Shown here one piece after another: positions 35,690-49,300 of a stretch of DNA of 64,000 nt (within the stretch, counting starts at the first letter, position 1; each line of letters begins with the position of its first letter). A program made the position numbers and the translations under genes. The DNA is taken from assembly GCA_964016885.1 (NCBI GenBank), contig OZ024740.1:340566001-340630000 (forward strand). The letters are read 5' to 3'. Source of the stretch: Eledone cirrhosa. Taxonomy: Eukaryota. Under the pieces are notes generated by a model. It had not been told where the DNA came from and searched no databases. It saw only the letters and a list, made by a program, of their open reading frames with translations.

Positions 35690-35880
35690 TAATTGTTTCT
35701 ACTTTTGGCACAAGGCCAGCAATTACCCAGTACATTACTAGTACTTTATTTTATCGACCCCGTAAGGATGAAAGGCAAAGTTAACCTCGGCGGGATTTGA
35801 ACCCAGAATGGCAAGGGCCGTAACTCTATACGTCAAAGCATGGCGTCCGACCCTCTACCGATACTGCCAATCCACCGCCT
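35690..35880 (-). mobile_element. Young tRNA-SINE (same family as 17036) flanked by a 125-bp direct repeat
   Basis: Full-length reverse copy; flanks 35569-35693 and 35881-36005 are identical except for one substitution. Confidence 0.93.
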
Positions 35881-36466
35881 ATTATTTCTTGTGCCTAAAG
35901 TAGAAACAATTATTTTGAGTTAAACATATTCAAGAGGGTTATCAATTATATTTGTTAATTTTCTATGTACAGACTTGAAATTTTGTCAGGAGGTGCTTAA
36001 ATAATGATTTACAATTATGTATTTTTGCCTGATCTTTTTCTTTCTTTTTGTTAAATTTGACCTTTACGGACAGGTGAAATTAATCAACAGTTGCAAAATC
36101 AAACTTTGTGTCTCACCTGTTAATTGTTACATTATAATGACCCATATGTTGACTAACAATTTTACCACTTTTCACAAACAGGTGAATTCATTAAAATGCA
36201 GGTATAATCAGTACAAGGTTTTATTCTTTCTCTACATTTCATGCAAATATTTTCATTGAAACGAAAGTATAAAACACTTTTACCAGTCAATACACTATTG
36301 GCAATGTACCTTTACACAATGTTCTGAGTAGATTTACATAATGTGCACCCCACCCAGCACAATAACAGATGTAACACAGATGTGTACACACAGAAAATCA
36401 ATACATATTTCTGTTAATTTGTGTTAAAAAAATAATTTCGTTTTTTTAACAGCATAATTAATATTA

Positions 36467-36697
36467 TTAGGCAAAATTTCTGTCATGAAAATGGCCAAAA
36501 CACCCTTTAGAAAAGGAACACACAAAAGATGTTTCCATCTGGTAACCTTTAACATTATTTCTCTTATGCAAAGAGCATATTCTGCAAACTTTTTTCCTCC
36601 CATTAATTTTTGCTATCTTATGAAAATCAATATTTCCTCTGTTAATATCTACTTCAGTTAGTTTTGATTTTCTCCCAGCACAACCACCTAACAACAA
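36467..36697 (-). mobile_element. piggyBac/PGBD-type transposase C-terminal cysteine-rich remnant
   Basis: H......GRKKVCRIC......GYQMETSFVC...KGCFGHFH matches the CxxC...ETx(Y/F)xC...CFxx(Y/F)H pattern of piggyBac C-termini, with a small deletion. Confidence 0.65.
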
Positions 36698-36699
36698 GG

Positions 36700-37314
36700 A
36701 CTGGGTGCTTTTTTTTTTCTCATGTTACCAGTGGGAGCCTCTTGTGCTGGTGACATAAAGAAAAATCACCCAGTCCACCCTGTTAGATGATTGCTTTGGT
36801 GCCATGATAAAAAGTACCTAGTCCACACTGTAACGTGGTTGGCATTAGGAAGGGCATCCAGTAGGAGAAACCAACCAAAATACAGATCCATATGAGCAAG
36901 ACATGGTCATCTGACCTGACATATTTCATAACGTGACAACCTGTCTAACCCATGCAAGCACAGAAAAATAAATGTTAAACAACGATGATGATTGTTTGCC
37001 AAACAAAAGATTAGGAGGACTCGTCAATTGCATCAAGGCATGACAGCCTCCCAGCACACGTAAAGTGGTTGGTGATAGGAAGGGCATCCAACCATAGAAA
37101 ACTTTCCAAACAAAGGTCAGGAGGACCTTCAGTTGTGTCAACGACATGACAATCTCCCCTGTGCTCTTGGTAGAATGCGAGACCACACATAAACATGACG
37201 ACAGATCCCTGGCTTGCCTGGGAGATCTGTAGCGACCACTTCAGTACTGACTTGATCTATGTAGACCTGTCCAACCCTTGCTAGCAGGGAAACAGGATGT
37301 TAAAACGATGATGA

Positions 37315-37318
<4 letters not shown>
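36700..37318 (+). mobile_element. Two tandem RTE-tail elements
   Basis: Each has gtggttgg..taggaagggcatcca and ends aaccc(a/t)tgc..gca...atgttaaa..gatgatgat (ends at about 36992 and 37318). Confidence 0.8.
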
Positions 37319-37350
<32 letters not shown>

Positions 37351-37477
37351 GATTGTTGGTCATACTTCCTATATTTAAGTTGCTTGATTGTGAGTATATC
37401 TCTAGGGAATGATGCTTGTGAAGTGTTCTTTTGAGCACTTTACTGGGATCTACCCTTCAGTGATTTTGTATAAGATA

Positions 37478-37522
<45 letters not shown>
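37478..37522. repeat. (CT)n(AT)n compound microsatellite; other (AT)n tracts at 1339-1368, 1932-1966, 16994-17017 and 37317-37347
   Basis: Directly visible. Confidence 0.95.
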
Positions 37523-38059
37523 CTATTTCTCTTCGTTTCACTCTTTAATTTGGCTGCGTATTTCAGATTGATTCGCCATATTTGCTATTGTCTGTAACCA
37601 AATAGACACTTCAACTAGATTCTGCAACATGTGCCTATAGCTAAACCCTGACAACTCATTTTATTTACGGAAGGAGGTACGTAAATTGTCAGGAAAAATT
37701 TAGTTGACCTTTTCACACCCTAAAACTGTTTGCTTAGAATTAAAAAAAAATAATCTTTCTATCAATTTTTTCCATAGCACCCTATAACTGCCTGCCCAAA
37801 AAAAAATAAAAAAGCTTCTCTGTCTATTCCACCAGATTTGTTATTCTTTGTAACCAAATAGACATCTAGACTAGATTTTAAAAATGTGTTTTTCTTTCTG
37901 CCTGCTCCATTTCTCAGGAGGGCAAAACTCCTGACTGAATTTCATACATATTTTTCCCACACCAATTCACCACTATAACATAATCCAATGAAAGTACAGT
38001 AGAGCAACAATGTCAACATAACGCAATAACCTGCACACCTACACCCCTACGGGCAATAC

Positions 38060-41000
38060 TTTTCCACTGATATCTGCACCAACTAACACACGCCCCACCA
38101 CCGCAATTAATACCACTGATACCTGCACCACCACCACTACTAACACAACTGATACACGCCCCACCACCGCTACAAATAACACTGACACCTGCACCACTAA
38201 CACACCCCACCACCACTACTAATACCACTGATACCTTCACCACCAACACATGCCCCACCACCGCTACTAATGCCACAGATACCTGCACTACTAACACACA
38301 CCCAACCACTGCTACTGATACCACTGATACCTGCACCACTAACACACAACCCACCACTGATACCTGCACCACTAATACACGCCCCACCACCGCTACTAAT
38401 ACCTGCACCACTAACACACGCCCCACCACCGCTACTAATACCTGCACCACTAACACACGCCCCACCACCGCTACTAATACCACTAACACACGCCCCACCA
38501 CCGCTACTAATACCACTGATACCTGCACCACTGCTACTAATACCACTGATACCTGCACCACTAACACACAACCACCACTGATACCTGCACCACTAACACA
38601 CCCCACCACTGATACTTGCACCATTAACACACACCCAAACACTGCTACTAATACTACTGATGCCAGCATCATGAAACCCCCCATCATCCCTACTAATACC
38701 AGTGATACCGGCACCACTAACGCACACCCCACCACCACTACTAATACCACTAACACACGCCCCACCACTGCTACTAAAATCACTGATCCTGCACCACTAA
38801 CACACACCCCACCACTGATACCTACACCACTAACACACACCCCACAACCACTGCTACCTTCACCACTAACACACACCCCACCACTGCTACTAATACCACT
38901 GATACCTGCACGACTACTAATACTACGGATACCTGCACCACTAATACACAACCCCACCATCACTGCTACTAATACCACTGATACCTGCACCACTAACACA
39001 CAGCCCACCATTGCTACTAATACCACTGATGCCTGTACCACTAACACACACCCCACCACTGCTACATGTACCACTAACACACACCCCACCACTAACACAC
39101 CCCACCACTGATACCTGCACCACTAACCCCCTCCACTACTATTACCACTGATACCTGCACCACTACCACTACTAATAACACTGATGCCTGCACCACTAAC
39201 ACACGCTCCACCACTGCTACTAATACAACTGATACCTGCATCACTAACACAGCCCACCACTGATACCTGTACCACTAACACACAGCCCACCACAGCTACT
39301 AATACCACTGAAACCTGCAACACTAACACACACCCCACCACTGCTACATGTACCACTAACACACGCCCCACCACTGCTACTAATACACTGATACCTGCAC
39401 CACTAACACACACGCCACCACTGCTACTAATACCACTGACACCTGCACCACTACTACTACTAATAACACTGATGCCTGCACCACTAACACACAGCCCACC
39501 ACTGCTACTAATACCACCGATACCTGCATCACTAACACACAGCCCACCACTGATACCTGCATCACTAACACACAGACAACCACTGCTACTAATACCACTG
39601 ATACCTGCATCACTAACACACAGCCCACCACTGATACCTGCACCACTAACACACACCCCACCACTGCTACATGTACCACTAACACACGCCCCACCACTGA
39701 TACCTGCACCACTGCTACTAATACACTGATACCTGCACCACTAACACACACCCCACCACTGATACCTGCACCACTAACACACACCCCACCACTGATACCT
39801 GCACCACTAACACACACACCATCACCGCTACTAATACCACTGATACCTGTATCACTAACACACGCCCCATCACCAATATTAATAGCACTGATACCTGCAC
39901 CACTAACACACGCCCCACCACCGCTACTAATACCACTGATACCTGCGCCATTAACCCCCCCCCCCCAACTACTGCTACTAATACCACTGGTACCTGCACC
40001 ACTAACACACCCTACCAGTGCTACTAAAACCACGGATACATGAACCTAACACACACCACCACTGATAGCTGTACCACTAACACGCCCCACCACTGCTACC
40101 TGTACCTCTAACACACACCCAACCACTGCTACTAATACCACTGATAGCTGCACCACTAACACACACCGCACCATTGCTACTAATACCAGTACTAACACAC
40201 GACCAACCATCACTAACACACACCCAACCACTGCCACTAATACCACTGATACCTGCACCACTAACACACACCCCACCACCACCACTGATACCTGTACCAC
40301 TAACACGCCCCACCACCACTACTAATACCACAGATACCTGCACCACTAACACACCCCACTACCACTACTAATACCACTAATACACACCCCACCACTGATA
40401 CCTGCACCACTAACACACACCCCACCAGATATCTGCACCACTAACACACACCCCACCATGGTAACTAATACCACTAACACACGCCCCACCACTGCTACTA
40501 ATACCTGTACTATAAACACAGCCCACCACTGATACCTACACCACTAACACCCACCGCACTACAGCTACTAATACAACTGATAGCTGCACCACTAACACAC
40601 ACCCCACCACCACTGCTACTAATACCACTAACACACAGTCCACCACTGCTACTAATACCACCAATAACACCCACCCCACTACTGCTACTAATACCACTGA
40701 TACCTGCACCACTAACACACGCCCCACCACTGCTAATAATACCAGATACCTGCACCACTAACACACCCCACCACTACTAATACCACTGATACCTGCACCA
40801 CTAACACACCCCACCACTGCTATTAATACCACTAATGCACACCCCACCACTGCTACTAATACCACTAACACACTCCACCGCCACTACTAATACCACTGAT
40901 ACCTGCACCACTAACACACACCCCACCACTGATACATGCACCACTAACACACCCCACCACTGCTACTAATACCACTGATAGCTGCACCAATAACACTCAC

Positions 41001-41622
41001 CCCATCACTGCTACTAATACCGGATACCTGCCCCACTAACACACACCTCACCACCGCTACTAATACCACTGATACCTGCACCACTAACCCCCCCCCCCCA
41101 CCACTGCTACGAATACCAGTGATACCTGCACCGCTAACACATCCCACCACTGATACCTGCACCACTAACACACACCCCACCACTGTTACTAATACCAGTG
41201 ATACTTGCACCACTAACATACCCGACCACTGCTACTAATACCACTGATAACTGTACCACTAACACAGACCCCATCACTGATACCTGCACCACTAACCATC
41301 CCCACGCCTACTAATACCACCACTACTAATACCACTGATATCTGCACCACTAACACACACGCCACCACTGATACCTACACCACTGTTACTAACACCATTA
41401 ACACACCCCACTACCACTACTAACACCACTGATACATGCACCACTAACTCACCCCACCACTACTAATACCACTGATACCTGCACCAGTAACACACACCCC
41501 ACCACCACTGCTACTAATACCACTGATACCTGCACCACTAACACACACCCCACCACTGCTACTAATAGCATTGATACCAGCACAACTAACACAGACCCCC
41601 ACCACTGATACTAATATCACTG
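38060..41622. repeat. Modular C/A-rich satellite, divergent proximal block
   Basis: Irregular concatenation of ACTAATACC, ACTGATACC, TGCACC, ACTAACACAC(AC)CCCACC and ACTGCT modules; plus strand strongly G-poor. Confidence 0.97.
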
Positions 41623-41623
41623 A

Positions 41624-42513
41624 CTAGCATTAAAGCCCGGCGTTGCTTGGGGTCATTAAGTTACCAAAGTTAGGTTGCACCACCCATTTTATGGCAGCAC
41701 TTTTTTGTCTGCCAGGCACTGGGTGAATGAATTGCAGACCTGGAAGCATGAGCTGCGCCAGCAGTGACAATTTTAGTTTCGCCTATGAATATATCTCTGT
41801 GCAAAAAAGTGTTGAAATTTATTGTTTCACAGTACTTGCGCAACACGCGCGTAGACGATGCCAGCCGAACAACAGAGCTGCGATGGAGTTGTTCTGCATG
41901 GTTGTCTGTGTTTTTTCTAAATTTAAGACAGTAGGGAGGGTTGTGATATGAGGGTGAGTTAGCTGTTGTTTCTAGCAGGTTTAGTGACCTCATAGTGGAT
42001 ATGTGTTTTCTAAATTTAAGACAGTAGGGAGTGGTGTGATATGGGGGAGAGTTAGCTGCTGTTTCTAGCAGGTTTAGTGACCTCATAGAAGATATGTTTT
42101 CTAAATTTAAGACAGTAGGGAGGGGTGTGATATGGGGGAGAGTTAGCTGCTGTTTCTAGCAGGTTTAGTAACCTCATAGTGGATATGTGTTTTCTAAATT
42201 TAAGACAGTAGGGAGTGGTGTGAACGGACAGTATCACCATCACGCTTGGAAAGAGAAAGTAGCAGAAAGTATGAAGTTGTATAGATTTTGAATGGTAGTC
42301 GAAAGAGTTCAGCAGTTTAAATGAGAGAGAAAAATCGTAAAATATTGAGTTTTATCTATTTTTTGCGTAATTGTGGGTGAAATTGAAAAAATTATCTGCG
42401 TCAAGACGCAATCGAAACTATGTTGGGTACTGATTTGTAATTTTCAATTGAAGAAATTCTATATCGTAGATTTCTATAACGAAGGAGCATGACCACACAC
42501 TGAGCTTTATAGA
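41624..42513 (-). mobile_element. Non-autonomous Helitron-like element, copy 1 (890 bp)
   Basis: Minus strand: A|TC start, GC-rich subterminal hairpin CCCAAGCAACGCCGGG about 8 nt before CTAG|T, no target duplication. Contains 3 full plus 1 partial internal repeats of about 93 bp. Confidence 0.82.
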
Positions 42514-42516
42514 TTA

Positions 42517-43312
42517 CTAGCATTAAAGCCAAGCGTTGCTTGGGGTCATTAAGTTACCAAAGTTAGGTTGCACCACCCATTTTATGGCAGCACTTTTTTG
42601 TCTGCCAGGCACTGGGTGAATGAATTGCAGACCTGGAAGCATGAGCTGCGCCAGCAGTGACAATTGTAGTTTTGCCTATGGATATTATCTCTGTGCAAAA
42701 AAGTGTTGAAATTTATTGTTTCACAGTACTTGCGCAACACGCGCGTAGACGATGCCAGCCGAACAACAGAGCTGCGATGGAGTTGTTCTGCATGGTTGTC
42801 TGTGTGTTTTCTAAATTTAAGACAGTAGGGAGGGTTGTGATATGAGGGAGAGTTAGCTGTTATTTCTAGCAGGTTTAGTGACCTCATAGAGGATATGTGT
42901 TTTCTAAATTTAAGACAGTAGGGAGGGGTGTGATATGGGGGAGAGTTAGCTGCTGTTTCTAGCAGGTTTAGTAACCTCATAGAGGATATGTGTTTTCTAA
43001 ATTTAAGACAGTAGGGAGAGGTGTGAACGGACAGTATCACCATCAAGCTTGGAAAGAGAAAGTAGCAGAAAGTATGAAGTTGTATAGATTTTGAATGGTA
43101 GTCGAAAGAGTTCAGCAGTTTAAATGAGAGAGAAAAATCGTAAAATATTGAGTTTTATCTATTTTTTGCATAATTGTGGGTGAAATTGAAAAAATTATCT
43201 GCGTCAAGACGCAATCGAAGTTATATTTGTTGTTTGGAACTTTAAATTGAAGAAATTCTATATCGTAGATTTCTATAAGAAAAGAGCATGACCACACACT
43301 GTGCTTTATAGA
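42517..43312 (-). mobile_element. Non-autonomous Helitron-like element, copy 2 (796 bp)
   Basis: Head-to-tail near-copy of 41624-42513 with perfect hairpin CCAAGC-aac-GCTTGG and one fewer internal repeat. Confidence 0.82.
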
Positions 43313-43317
43313 TTATG

Positions 43318-46300
43318 ATGATACATGTACCTCTAACACACGCCCCACCACTGAAACCTGCAGCACTAACACACCCCACTACTGCTACTAATACCACTAA
43401 CGCACCCAACCACTGATACCTGCACCACTAACACACACCGCACCATTGCTACTAATACCACTGATACTTTCACCATTAACACACACCCATTCAACGCTAC
43501 TAATACCACTGATACCTTCACCACTAACACACACCCCACCACTGATACCTGCACCACTAACACACACCCCAACACCACTGCTACTAATGCCACTGATACC
43601 TGCACCACTAACACACACCCCACCACTGCTAATAAAACCACTAATGCACACCCCAACACTGCTACTAATACCACTGATACCTGAACCACTAACACACACC
43701 CCACCACTGCTACTAAAACCACTGGTGATCTGCACCACTAACACACACTCCACCACCACTGATACATGTATCACTAACATACGGCCCACCACTGCTACTA
43801 ATACCAGATACCTGCACCACTAACACACCTCACCACTGCTATTAATACCACTGATACCTGCACCACTAACACACACCCCGCCAGATACCTGGACCAGTAA
43901 CATACACCCCCCCCTACTAATACCACTAACACACGCCCCACCACCGCTACTAATACCATTGACCCCTGCACCACTAACACACACCCCACCACCCCTACTA
44001 ATACCACTGATACCTGCACCACTAACACACGCCCCATCACCACTGCTACCTGCACCACTACTAATACCACTAACCCCCCCCCCACCACTGATACCTGCAC
44101 CACCACTATTAATACCACTGATACCTGCACCACTAACACACACCCCACCACCCCTACTAATACCACTGATACCTGCACCACTAACACACGCCCCATCACC
44201 ACCACTAACACACCGCACGACCACTACTAATACCACTAACATCCCCCCCCCCACCCACCACTGATACCTGCAGCACTAACACACATCCCACCACTCTTAC
44301 TAATACCACTGATACCTGCACCACTGCTAGCAATACCACTGATACCTGTACCATTAACACACCTCACCACCACTACTAATACCATTAACACGCACCCCCA
44401 TCACCACGACTAATACCACTGATACCTGCAACACTAATACACAACCCCACCACTGCTACCTGCACCACGAACACACCCCCACCACTGCTACCTGCACCAC
44501 GAACACATACCCCACCACTGATACCTGCACCACTAACACACCCCACTGCAAGTAATACCACTAACACCTGGCCCACCACTGCTACTAATACCACTGATAC
44601 ATGTACCACTAACATGCCCCACCACTGCTACTAATACCATTGATACCTGCACCACTAACACACACTCCACCACTGATACCTGCACCACTAACACACCCCA
44701 CCGATGATACCTGCACCACTGCTACTAATACGACTGATACCTGCACCACTAACACAGCCCACCACCACTACGAATACCACTGATACCTGCACCACTAACA
44801 CACCCCATCACCACTACCAATACCACTGATACGTGTACCACTAACACACCCCATCACCACTACCAATACCACTGATACCTGCACCACTAACACACCCCAT
44901 CACCACTACAAATACCAGATACCTGTACCACTAACACACCCCACCACCACTGCCAATACCACTGATACCTGCACCACTAACACACACCCCACCACCACTG
45001 ATACATGTACCACTAACACACTTCAGCACTGCTACTAATACCACTGATACCTGTACCACTAACACACCCCATCACCACTACCAATACCACTGATACCTGC
45101 ACCACTAACACACCCCATCACCACTACCAATACCACTGATACCTGTACCACTAACACACCCCACCACCACTGCTACTAATACCACTGATACCTGCACCAC
45201 TAACACACCCCATCACCACTACCAATACCACCACTACCAATACCACTAACACACCGCACCACCACTACCAATACCACTGACACCTGTACCACTAACACAC
45301 CCCATCACCACTACCAATACCACTGATACCTGCACCACTAACACACCCCATCACCACTACCAATACCACTGATACCTGCACAACTAACACACCCCACCAC
45401 CACTACCAATACCACTGATACCTGTACCACTAACACACCCCACCACCACTACCAATACCATTGATACCTGCACCACTAACACACCCCATCACCACTACCA
45501 ATACCACTGATACCTGTACCACTAACACACCCCACCACCACTGATACCTGTACCACTAACACACCCCACCATCACTACCAATGATACCTGCACCACTAAC
45601 ACACCCCATCACCACTACCAATACCACTGATACCTGCACCACTAACACACCCCATCACCACTACCAATACCACTGATACCTGCACCACTAACACACCCCA
45701 TCACCACTACCAATACCACTGATACCTGTACCACTAACACACCCCACCACCACTGCTACTAATACCACTGATACCTGCACCACTAACACACCCCATCACC
45801 ACTACCAATACCACTGATACCTGCACCACTAACACACCCCGCCACCACTACCAATACCACTGATACCTGTACCACTAACACACCCCACCACCACTACCAA
45901 TACCACTGATACCTGCACCACTAACACACCCCACCACCACTACCAATACCACTGATACCTGTACCACTAACACACCCCATCACCACTACCAATACCACTG
46001 CTACTAATACCACGACACACACCCCACCACCACTACCAATACCACTGATACCTGCACCACCACTATTAATACCACTGATACCTGCACCACTAACACACAC
46101 CCCACCACCCCTACTAATACCACTGATACCTGCACCACTAACACACCGCACGACCACTACTAATACCACTAACACCCCCACCCCCACCACTGATACCTGC
46201 AGCACTAACACACATCCCACCACTCTTACTAATACCACTGATACCTGCACCAGTGCTAGCAATAGCACTGATACCTGTACCATTAACACACCTCACCACC

Positions 46301-49300
46301 ACTATTAATACCATTAACACGCACCCCCATCACCACGACTAATACCACTGATACCTGCAACACTAATACACAACCCCACCACTGCTACCTGCACCACGAA
46401 CACACCCCCACCACTGCTACCTGCACCACGAACACACCCCCACCACTGCTACCTACACCACTAACACACCACACCACTGCTACCTGCACCACGAACACAC
46501 CCCCACCACTGCTACCTGCACCACGAACACATACCCCACCACTGATACCTGCACCACTAACACACCTCACTGCAAGTAATACCACTAACACCTGGCCCAC
46601 CACTGCTACTAGTACCACTGATACATGTACCACTAACATGCCCCACCACTGCTACTAATACCACTGATACCTGCACCACTAACGCACACTCCACCACTGA
46701 TACCTGCACCACTAACACACCCCACCGATGATACCTGCACCACTGCTACTAATACGACTGATACCTGCACCACTAACACACTGCAACACCACTGCTACCA
46801 ATACTACTGATACCTGCACCACTAACACACACCCCACCCTCACTATTAATACCACTGATAGCTGCACCACTAACACACATCCCACCACTGATATCAGCAC
46901 CACTAACACACACCACCACTGCTACTAATACCACTGATACCTGCACCACTAACACACGCCCCACCACCGCAACTAATACCACTGATACCTGCACCACTAA
47001 CAAATACCCCAACACGGCTACTAATACCACTGATCCCTGCACCACTAACACACACCCCACCACTGCTACCTGCACCACTAACATACAGCTCACCACCACT
47101 ACTAATACCACTAACACACACCCCACCACTGATACATGTACCACTATCACACGCCCCACCACTGATACATGTACCACAATCATACGCCCCACCACTGCTG
47201 TAAAAATACCAGATACCTTCACCACTAATACCTGCACCATTGCTAGTAATACCACTGATACCTCCACCACTAACACACCCCATAAGCACTACCAATACCA
47301 CTGATACCTGCACCACTAACACATACCCCACCAACACTACTAATACTACTGATACCTGCACTACCACAACTAATACCACTGATACCTGCACCACCACTAC
47401 TAATACCACTGATACATGCACCACTAACACACACCCCAGCACTGATACCTGCACCACTAAGACACACCTCACCACTAACACACACCCCACCATCCCTACT
47501 AATACCACTGATACCCGCAACACTAACACACCCCACCACCACTACTAATACCACTGATACCTGCACCACTAATACACACCCCACAACCACAACTAATACC
47601 ACTAACACACACCACAATTGCTACTAATACCAGAGATACCTGCACCACTAACACCCACCCCACCACCAATAGTAATAACACTAATACCTGCACCACTAAC
47701 ACACACCCAACCACAGCTACTAATACCACTGATACCTGCACCACTAACATACACCCCTCCACTGATACCTGCACCACTAACACACACCGCACCACCACTA
47801 CTAATACCACTGATACCTGCACCACTAACACACCCCACTGCTGATACCTGCACCACTAACACACACCCCACCACTGCTACTAATACGACTGATATCTGCA
47901 CCACTAACACACACCCCACTACTACGACTACCACTGATACCTGCACGAGTAACAAACCCCAGCACCACTACCGTACCACTGATACCTGCACCACTAACAT
48001 ACACCCCACCACTGATACCTGCACCACTAACACACACCCCACCACTGAAACCTGCACCACTAACACACACCCCACCACTGATACCTGCACCAACACTACT
48101 AATACCACTGATAGCTGCACCACCACTACTAATTCCACTATTACCTGCACCATTAACACACCCCACCACCACTACTAATACAACTAATGCACACCCCACC
48201 ACTGATACCTGTACCACTAACACACCCCACCACCACTACTAAAACCAGTAACACGCACCCCACCACTGATACCTGAACCACTAACACACTGCTACTAATA
48301 CCACGGATACTTGTTCCACTAACACACCCCACCACCACTACTAATACCACTGATACCTGTACCACTAACACACCCCACCACCACTGATACCTGTACAACT
48401 AACACACCCCACCACCACTACCAATGATACCTGCACCACTAACACACCCCATCACCACTACCAATACCACTGATACCTGCACCACTAACACACCCCATCA
48501 CCACTACCAATACCACTGATACCTGCACCACTAACACACCCCATCACCACTACCAATACCACTGATACCTGTACCACTAACACACCCCACCACCACTGCT
48601 ACTAATACCACTGATACCTGCACCACTAACACACCCCATCACCACTACCAATACCACTGATACCTGCACCACTAACACACCCCACCACCACTACCAATAC
48701 CACTGATACCTGTACCACTAACACACCCCACCACCACTACCAATACCACTGATACCTGCACCACTAACACACCCCACCACCACTACCAATACCACTGATA
48801 CCTGTACCACTAACACACCCCATCACCACTACCAATACCACTGATACCTGCACCACTAACACACCCCACCACCACTACCAATACCACTGATAGCTGCACC
48901 ACCACTATTAATACCACTAACACACCCCACCACCGCTACTAATACCACTGATACCTGCACCACTAACACACACCCCGCCACTGCTACTAATACCACGACA
49001 CACACCCCACCACCACTACCAATACCACTGATACCTGCACCACCACTATTAATACCACTGATACCTGCACCACTAACACACACCCCACCACCCCTACTAA
49101 TACCACTGATACCTGCACCACTAACACACCGCACGACCACTACTAATACCACTAACACCCCCACCCCCACCACTGATACCTGCACCAGTGCTAGCAATAC
49201 CACTGATACCTGTACCATTAACACACCTCACCACCACTACTAATACCATTAACACGCACCCCCATCACCACGACTAATACCACTGATACCTGCAACACTA

